This document shows, in pieces, positions 57,863 to 64,000 of a DNA stretch of 64,000 nucleotides (positions within the stretch are counted from its first letter, which is position 1; each line of letters begins with the position of its first letter). Position numbers and translations under genes: made by a program. Source of the stretch: Anaerococcus vaginalis (GTDB lineage Bacteria > Bacillota > Clostridia > Tissierellales > Peptoniphilaceae); assembly GCF_018363915.1 (NCBI RefSeq), contig NZ_JAGZMY010000007.1, one strand, 5' to 3'. The notes below the pieces were generated by a model that did not search any database, was not told the DNA's origin, and saw nothing but the letters and a program-made list of their open reading frames with translations.

Positions 57863-59866
57863 ATGGACAATATTATTTTAGGTAATAGGTATAAATTGCA
57901 AGATCTTATTGGTGTAGGAGGAATGGCAAAAGTTTATAAGGCAACTGATAGACTTCTACAAAGAGATGTAGCAATAAAAATTTTAAAAGATCAATATGCT
58001 GAAGATGAAGAATTTGTAAAGAAATTTTCTAATGAAGCTTTATCAGCAGCAAGACTTACACATGTAAATATTGTAAGTGTTTATGATATAGGCGAAGATT
58101 TAATTGAAGGCAAAAAAATTCATTATATAGTAATGGAATATGTTGAAGGAGAAACGCTAAAAGATAAAATTGATAGGGAAAAAAATCTATCTAATCATGA
58201 TATAGTAGATTATTCAATTCAAATTGCCCAAGCACTTAATCAAGCTCATTCATCAAATATTATTCACAGAGATATAAAACCACAAAATATTTTGATGGAT
58301 AAATATGGCTTATTAAAAGTTACAGATTTTGGGATAGCTAGAGTTTCTACAAATGCAACTATCACTTACACATCATCAATTTTGGGTACAGTTCATTATA
58401 TTTCTCCAGAACAAGCCAAGGGTAAATTTGTTGATGAAAAATCAGATTTATATTCTCTTGGAGTTGTTATGTATGAAATGGCAACTGGTAAAGTACCATT
58501 TGATGCGGATAATTCAGTTGGAATTGCAGTTATGCATATCCAAGATGAACCAGAAAGCCCAATCAAATTAAATGAAAATTTATCTCCAAGATTAAATGAC
58601 ATAATAATGAAACTTCTTCAAAAAGATCCACAAGAAAGATTTAAAAGTGCTAAAGAATTAATTAGGGCATTAGAAGATAATTCTTATGATATAGGATATT
58701 TCAAAAAAGAAGATACAGCAAAAATTCAAAAACCAAAAGATGAAATAGAAGAGACATCTTTTATTCCTGTAGTTGAAAATAAAAAGAAAAAACAAAAACC
58801 TAAAAAAGAAGAAAATGAAGCTGTATATGTAACACCTACTGATGATTCGGATAAAAAATCTGAAAAAAAATCAAAAAAAAGAAAGATTTTGCCATTTGTT
58901 TTGATGCTACTTGCAGTTATTGTGGCTGGATATTTTTATGCAAAATCAAAAGATTCAGACATGGTACAAGTGCCTACAGTTATAAATTTAAGAGAAGAAG
59001 AAGCTGTAGAAATTTTGGAAGAAAAAAATCTAAAGGCAAATGTATCTCGCTATGCAAATAGTTCTAATTACGAAAAAGGCAAGGTAATGGAACAAGATCC
59101 TAGTCCAAAAACAAAAGTTAAGAAAAACACAACTATAAATCTTGTTATAAGCCAAGGAAAAGAAGTTAAAGTTCCAAATCTTTCTGGCTTAACCTTAGAT
59201 CAAGCTGAAGAAAAATTAAAAGAACATGATCTAGAATTGGGAAAAACAAATACAGAATATAGCGATAAGGTTGAAAAAGATAAAATTATTGAGCAAGATC
59301 CTGAAAAAAATGAAAAAGTTCAAGCAGGTAGTGAAGTTGATGTTACAATAAGTTTGGGAAAAGAAGAACCTGAAGTTAAAAATGTAAAAGTTCCTTATTT
59401 TATAGGTTCTTACGAAAAAGACGCGATCAATGTTGCAAAAGATGCAAATCTTACAGTTGAAAATATTTCTTATGAATATTCAGACGATTATAAAAAAGGA
59501 ATTGTAATTGAACAATCTATTTCTGCTGGCACTCAAGTTGCTGAAGGCTCTAAAATTGATTTTGTTGTTTCAAATGGAAAAGATCCAAATAAAGATGACA
59601 GCAATGAAGAAAATCAAAATAAGCAAAAGCAAGTAAATGTAAAATTTACAATAAAAGGACCTCAAGATAAAGATAGTTTTAATGTGAAAGTTTATAAAAT
59701 ATCTGATAGTAACCAAAGAACAGATCTTTTATATAACGAAAATCATAGTTCATCAGAGCTTGATTCCAGTGGAAATATTAATTTAGATTTTAAATCTGTT
59801 GTAGGCACTAAAGTTGAGATTTTAGTAGATGATAAGTCTCAAGGAGTTTATGAAGTAAACAGATGA
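57863..59866 (+). CDS. pknB: Ser/Thr protein kinase with PASTA repeats (PknB/PrkC-like)
   Basis: Kinase motifs (HRDIKPQN, DFGIA), a TM segment, and three PASTA-like repeats plus a C-terminal beta domain. Confidence 0.85.
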   Translation: MDNIILGNRYKLQDLIGVGGMAKVYKATDRLLQRDVAIKILKDQYAEDEEFVKKFSNEALSAARLTHVNIVSVYDIGEDLIEGKKIHYIVMEYVEGETLKDKIDREKNLSNHDIVDYSIQIAQALNQAHSSNIIHRDIKPQNILMDKYGLLKVTDFGIARVSTNATITYTSSILGTVHYISPEQAKGKFVDEKSDLYSLGVVMYEMATGKVPFDADNSVGIAVMHIQDEPESPIKLNENLSPRLNDIIMKLLQKDPQERFKSAKELIRALEDNSYDIGYFKKEDTAKIQKPKDEIEETSFIPVVENKKKKQKPKKEENEAVYVTPTDDSDKKSEKKSKKRKILPFVLMLLAVIVAGYFYAKSKDSDMVQVPTVINLREEEAVEILEEKNLKANVSRYANSSNYEKGKVMEQDPSPKTKVKKNTTINLVISQGKEVKVPNLSGLTLDQAEEKLKEHDLELGKTNTEYSDKVEKDKIIEQDPEKNEKVQAGSEVDVTISLGKEEPEVKNVKVPYFIGSYEKDAINVAKDANLTVENISYEYSDDYKKGIVIEQSISAGTQVAEGSKIDFVVSNGKDPNKDDSNEENQNKQKQVNVKFTIKGPQDKDSFNVKVYKISDSNQRTDLLYNENHSSSELDSSGNINLDFKSVVGTKVEILVDDKSQGVYEVNR

Positions 59867-60726
59867 TTGGTAAAATAATAAAATCACAAAAAGAAATATA
59901 TTATGTTCTAACTGAATTTGATACTTTTATGTGCAAGGCTAGGGGAGTTTTTAGAAAAAAAAATATAAAACCTCTGGTTGGAGATAATGTAGAATTTGAT
60001 GTCACAGAAAATTCTAAAGGCTATATTACAAAAATTTTAGATAGAAAAAATGAAATTAAAAGACCAAATATAGCAAATATTGACCAAATTTTATATTTTA
60101 TTACTATAAAAAATCCTAGCCTAAATCTTTTTAATATTGATAAGTACCTAGCTATGTGTGAACATATAAATATTGATGTAGTAATAATAGTTTCCAAAAA
60201 AGATTTGGCAGATGATAAAGATTTAGAATTTATAAAAATGTATGAGAAAATAGGTTATAAATTGGTTTTTATTGACAATTATAATGATTTTCCTAAAAAT
60301 GAAATTTTAAAAATTTTGGATGGAAAAACTTCTGCTGTTTCTGGATCATCTGGTGTCGGCAAATCTACTTTTTTAAATAATCTTGTAGAAGATGAAATAG
60401 AAATTGGCACGATTTCAGAAAAATCTAAGAGAGGAAAAAATACAACTAGACATATTGAGATTTTTAATTTAGGAAAAAATACAAATATTTTTGATACACC
60501 TGGCTTTGATAGTTTTGATATTGATTTTATTGATGATGAAAAAGATTTAAAATATTGTTTTAAAGAATTTGATAATAATTCTTGTAAATTTAATAATTGT
60601 AATCATATCAATGAACCAAAATGTAAAGTTAAAGATGATCTTTTAAAAGGCTTTGTTGAAAAAACTAGGTATGAAAATTATTTGTTGTTGTTTGAAGAAA
60701 TAAAAAAAAGGAGACAAATATGGTAG
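59863..60726 (+). CDS. rsgA: ribosome small-subunit-dependent GTPase A
   Basis: Circularly permuted GTPase (GSSGVGKST) plus a C-terminal zinc knuckle (C..C.H..C). Confidence 0.8.
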   Translation: MIGKIIKSQKEIYYVLTEFDTFMCKARGVFRKKNIKPLVGDNVEFDVTENSKGYITKILDRKNEIKRPNIANIDQILYFITIKNPSLNLFNIDKYLAMCEHINIDVVIIVSKKDLADDKDLEFIKMYEKIGYKLVFIDNYNDFPKNEILKILDGKTSAVSGSSGVGKSTFLNNLVEDEIEIGTISEKSKRGKNTTRHIEIFNLGKNTNIFDTPGFDSFDIDFIDDEKDLKYCFKEFDNNSCKFNNCNHINEPKCKVKDDLLKGFVEKTRYENYLLLFEEIKKRRQIW

Positions 60727-61382
60727 AAATAGCCCCATCACTTTTATCAGCAAATTTTTCTAATTTGCAAAAAGATTTAGACGAATTGAAAAAATCTAAT
60801 ATTAAATACCTTCATATTGATGTAATGGATGGGAAATTTGTTCCAAATATTTCTTTTGGCTTTCCTATAATAAAAGCGATTAGAAAAGATAATGATTTTG
60901 TTTTTGATACTCATTTGATGATTGAAGAGCCTATAAGATATATTGAAAATTTTAAAAAATGTGGATCTGATATAGTTACAATTCATTATGAAGCTTGCTC
61001 TAATTTGGATGAAACTATTGAAAAAATCAAATCTTTTGGTATGAAAGTTGGTCTTAGTTTTAAACCAAAAACTGATATAAATAAAATCATTCCATATTTA
61101 GAAAAAATTGATTTGTGTCTTATTATGAGCGTTGAGCCAGGTTTTGGCGGTCAATCTTTTATGGAAGATTCTTTGGAAAAAATTAAAAAAATCAGAGCAC
61201 TTATCGATGAAAAAAATTTATCTTGCCTTATTGAAGTCGATGGGGGAATTAAAGATTTTAATTTGAAAAAAGTAATTGATGCAGGTGTTGATTTGGTTGT
61301 AAGTGGTTCTGATATTTTTTCTAATAATGAAAATTCAATTTCTAGACAAGTTGAAAAATATAAAAAAATAATAAATGAATAA
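60720..61382 (+). CDS. rpe: ribulose-phosphate 3-epimerase
   Basis: The IAPSLLSA and HLDVMDG segments and the TIM-barrel size fit Rpe. Confidence 0.85.
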   Translation: MVEIAPSLLSANFSNLQKDLDELKKSNIKYLHIDVMDGKFVPNISFGFPIIKAIRKDNDFVFDTHLMIEEPIRYIENFKKCGSDIVTIHYEACSNLDETIEKIKSFGMKVGLSFKPKTDINKIIPYLEKIDLCLIMSVEPGFGGQSFMEDSLEKIKKIRALIDEKNLSCLIEVDGGIKDFNLKKVIDAGVDLVVSGSDIFSNNENSISRQVEKYKKIINE

Positions 61383-61397
61383 AAAAATAAAAATAAA

Positions 61398-61446
61398 AAA
61401 TCTCTTTTGAAATTATTATTCTATAATTTCGAAAGAGATTTTTTTA
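61398..61446. terminator. bidirectional terminator between rpe and rpmB
   Basis: 17-bp stem AAATCTCTTTTGAAATT / AATTTCGAAAGAGATTT with a 10-nt loop. It is flanked by an A-run upstream and a T-run downstream. Confidence 0.55.
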
Positions 61447-61483
61447 ATGAAAAAATAGTGCTTATAGCACTATAAAATTCTTA

Positions 61484-61672
61484 TTAAGCTTTTTCTACTT
61501 TTCCGCTTTTTATACATTTAGTACAAACGTTGATTGTTTTTACGCTTCCATTAACTTTAGCTCTTAATTTATGAACGTTTGGTTTAAAGTTTCTATTTAG
61601 TCTTCTATGTGAGAAAGTAACTTTGTTACCAAATTTTGTACCTTTTCCACAGATATCACATTCTCTTGCCAT
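61484..61672 (-). CDS. rpmB: 50S ribosomal protein L28
   Basis: MARECDICGKG...FSHRR.NR.FKPN pattern. RBS GGAGGTG. Confidence 0.85.
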   Translation of the reverse strand: MARECDICGKGTKFGNKVTFSHRRLNRNFKPNVHKLRAKVNGSVKTINVCTKCIKSGKVEKA

Positions 61673-61836
61673 ACTTTACACCTCCAATGTCTTAGAAATA
61701 TCTTAGTTATTATATCAAATTTATATCAAATTTTCAAATATAATCGCTACTTGCTATTATATAGAAAAACAGACAAAAAATCAAATAAGAGTATAATAAA
61801 AATAGATTTTAGTAAGTAGCTAGACAAGGAGGCTTT

Positions 61837-62739
61837 ATGGATTATAAGTCATTGTATGAAAATAAAGATTTTGGAATTATTAAATTTGATGAACAATTAA
61901 AAAATTATACAAATTTTGGCATTGGTGGCAAAGCAGATGTCTTGGTGGAAGTAAAAGAAGAATACCAACTTGTGGATTTGATTAAATTTAATCAAAAAAA
62001 TAATATAGAAACAACAATCATTGGAAATGGGACAAATATTTTGGTTACTGATAAAGGAATTAGGGGTTGTGTTATAATTATTTCTAAAAATTATGACAAA
62101 ATTTCTCTTGATGGAAATTTGTTAAGAGTAAGTGCGGGATGTCTTTTATCAAAAGCTAGCAAATTTTCTTTTGAGAATTCTCTAACTGGCATGGAAGAAG
62201 TTTCTGGAATCCCTGGAAGCCTTGGTGGAGCTGTTGCTATGAATGCAGGAGCTTATGGCGTTGAGATGAAAGATATAATTAAAAGTGTAAGATTGGTTTC
62301 TAAAACTGGGGAAATTTTAGAAGTTTCTAATGAGGATATGGATTTTTCTTATAGACATTCTAAGGTTTTTGAGGATGATTTGGTTGTTTCTGAGGCGATT
62401 TTTGAATTAAAAAAAGATAATAAAGAAAAAATCTATGAAAAATATGAGGATTTTACAAATAGAAGGGTTACAAAACAACCTCTTGATAAAAAATCTGCAG
62501 GTTCTACTTTCAAAAGACCAGTTGGCTCTTTCGCATCAAAATTAATTGATGAATGTGGTTTAAGGGGCTATAGAAAAGGCGATTGCCAAGTTAGCGAAAA
62601 ACATTGTGGATTTTTAATTAATAATGGCAATGCAAGTTATGAGGAAATGATTAATTTTATTGAGGAAGTTGCAAGTATTGTTTTTGAAAAAACTGGTTTT
62701 AAACTTGAAAGGGAAGTTAAAGTCATAGGAGAAAAATAG
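61837..62739 (+). CDS. murB: UDP-N-acetylenolpyruvoylglucosamine reductase
   Basis: FAD-binding GIGG, GNGTN and the C-terminal MurB domain are present. Confidence 0.85.
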   Translation: MDYKSLYENKDFGIIKFDEQLKNYTNFGIGGKADVLVEVKEEYQLVDLIKFNQKNNIETTIIGNGTNILVTDKGIRGCVIIISKNYDKISLDGNLLRVSAGCLLSKASKFSFENSLTGMEEVSGIPGSLGGAVAMNAGAYGVEMKDIIKSVRLVSKTGEILEVSNEDMDFSYRHSKVFEDDLVVSEAIFELKKDNKEKIYEKYEDFTNRRVTKQPLDKKSAGSTFKRPVGSFASKLIDECGLRGYRKGDCQVSEKHCGFLINNGNASYEEMINFIEEVASIVFEKTGFKLEREVKVIGEK

Positions 62740-63593
62740 TGAAGGTAAAAATAATAACAGGACTTAGTGGCTCTGGAAAATCGACAGCTCTTAGAATTTT
62801 TGAAGATCTTGATTATTATGCTATGGATAATGTTCCTGCAAGACTTTTAGAAAGTTTTATAAAATTAAATAAACAGCAGGAAAAACCAATAGACAAGCTT
62901 GCTTGTGTTGTTGATTTTAGGTCTATAAAAGTTGATAAAAATTTGGTAGAAAATCTGGAAAATCTCAAAAAAATAAACGAAGATACTAAAATAATTTATC
63001 TTACAAGTCAAGATGAAACAATTTTAAAAAGATATAATGAATTAAGACGTCCTCATCCTTTGGGTTCTTTTGGAGATGTAAAAGATGGACTTATAAAGGA
63101 AAAAAGAGAATTGAAAAAAATCAAGGAAATGGCAGATATTATAATTGATACAAGCTCTTATAATAACAAGGATTTAAAAAAAGTTCTCCTTAATTTTTCT
63201 AAAAATAAAGAAAATTTCATTATAAATTTATTTTCTTTTGGATATAAAAATGGTCTAAGCCTTGATGTTGATGTAGTATTTGATTTGAGATTTTTACCTA
63301 ATCCTTTTTATATAAAAGATTTAAAGCACCTAAATGGAACTGACGAAAAACTACAAGAATATCTTGATGGCTTTGAAATTGCAAATGACTTTAAAAATTT
63401 GGTGTATGATAATTTGTTAAAGCTTATTCCCTATTTTATTAAGGAGGGCAAAAACTCAATTTCTATTGGATTTGGTTGCACAGGTGGTCAACACAGGTCG
63501 GTTTATATGTGTGAGAAAATTTATGAAAAACTCAAGGATAGCGATTATATAGTTGTGAGAAAACACAGGGATAGGGAAAAATGGAAAAAATAA
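62739..63593 (+). CDS. rapZ: RNase adapter protein RapZ (YvcJ)
   Basis: P-loop GLSGSGKST is present, and the gene follows murB. Confidence 0.8.
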   Translation: MKVKIITGLSGSGKSTALRIFEDLDYYAMDNVPARLLESFIKLNKQQEKPIDKLACVVDFRSIKVDKNLVENLENLKKINEDTKIIYLTSQDETILKRYNELRRPHPLGSFGDVKDGLIKEKRELKKIKEMADIIIDTSSYNNKDLKKVLLNFSKNKENFIINLFSFGYKNGLSLDVDVVFDLRFLPNPFYIKDLKHLNGTDEKLQEYLDGFEIANDFKNLVYDNLLKLIPYFIKEGKNSISIGFGCTGGQHRSVYMCEKIYEKLKDSDYIVVRKHRDREKWKK

Positions 63594-64000
63594 AATATTT
63601 AAAAATTTTACCCTTTGAAAATATAAAAAATGCTAGAAACTTGGGAGGTTATCCAACCATTGATGGGGAATTTACTTCTTGGAAATCTTTTATTAGAAGT
63701 GCAAATCTTGATTCTTGCACAAAAAAAGATTTGGATTTATTGAAAGATTTAAATGTATCAACAATAATTGATTTAAGACGTGATGACGAAATCAAATATC
63801 ATTATGAAAAAATCAAAATTTTAAAAGAAAAATTTTCTCATTACAATGTATCGCTTTCTCCAAGGCCAATGCGCCAAGAAGAAATCCAAAGATTAATTGA
63901 AAAAAAGGATACAATAGGAAAATCTTATATTACATTAATTGATAATTTTCCTGCTATAAAAAAGATTTTTGAGATAATGGCAAATGCTGATGGGAGTGTA
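63581..64000 (+). CDS. tyrosine-protein phosphatase-like protein (Y_phosphatase3-like), partial
   Basis: ATG after AGGGAAAA. The motif NARNLGG...IDLRRDDE is typical of the NxRDLGG tyrosine phosphatase family. The gene runs off the window. Confidence 0.4.
   Translation, partial: MEKIKYLKILPFENIKNARNLGGYPTIDGEFTSWKSFIRSANLDSCTKKDLDLLKDLNVSTIIDLRRDDEIKYHYEKIKILKEKFSHYNVSLSPRPMRQEEIQRLIEKKDTIGKSYITLIDNFPAIKKIFEIMANADGSV

Noticed and set aside
58353-58602. Small ORFs on both strands within the pknB kinase domain.
   Set aside because: They are embedded in a conserved coding region and have no translation signals.
1-64000. Search for CRISPR arrays and cas genes.
   Set aside because: I saw no regularly spaced direct repeats of 24-40 bp with unique spacers anywhere in the window. 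The only tandem repeat is the 2x 11-mer at 16882-16903.

Overview
This is AT-rich DNA (roughly 28-30% GC), typical of a Gram-positive anaerobe of the Clostridia/Tissierellia type; that placement is an inference from gene content (Rnf complex, PASTA kinase, MreBCD with a long PBP2, ComG-like pseudopilus genes). The window has two parts.

Positions 1 to about 16.8 kb are the right arm of a siphovirus-type prophage, and the window starts inside it, so attL, the integrase and the replication genes are not visible. In order it carries a capsid-gene tail end, head-tail connector genes, a major tail protein, a tail assembly chaperone pair with a canonical -1 frameshift site (A_AAA_AAG), the tape measure, Dit, Tal, a BppU-like receptor-binding protein with a CBM-like accessory, a holin-like gene, an Amidase_2 plus SH3b endolysin, and a hicAB toxin-antitoxin pair. 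After these come a small membrane protein and then a minus-strand cargo cassette of five small ORFs (14.7-16.6 kb). That cassette is driven by two near-identical consensus promoters, each preceded by a TGTAAATATTTACA palindrome, and ends in a gene whose C-terminus looks like a ribbon-helix-helix domain. I consider this cassette the most interesting feature and propose it as an anti-defence or lysogenic-conversion (Acr/Aca-like) module. The stretch 16.6-17.1 kb is probably attR; it holds orphan terminators and a tandem 11-mer.

From 17.1 kb to the end the window is core chromosome: polA, coaE, an SLT transglycosylase, rnfCDGEAB, a NusG_II protein, a Gx transporter, radC, mreBCD, a 1120-aa PBP2, a short RNase E/G-like gene, recX, tRNA-His and tRNA-Leu, an ABC-2 exporter, pyrH-frr fused to a ComG-like pseudopilus operon that has no ATPase gene, ackA, rpmF-plsX-acpP-rnc, a radical SAM gene, smc, def-fmt-rsmB-rlmN, a PP2C/PASTA-kinase pair, rsgA-rpe, rpmB, murB-rapZ and a partial tyrosine-phosphatase-like gene. 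I found no CRISPR array and no rRNA.
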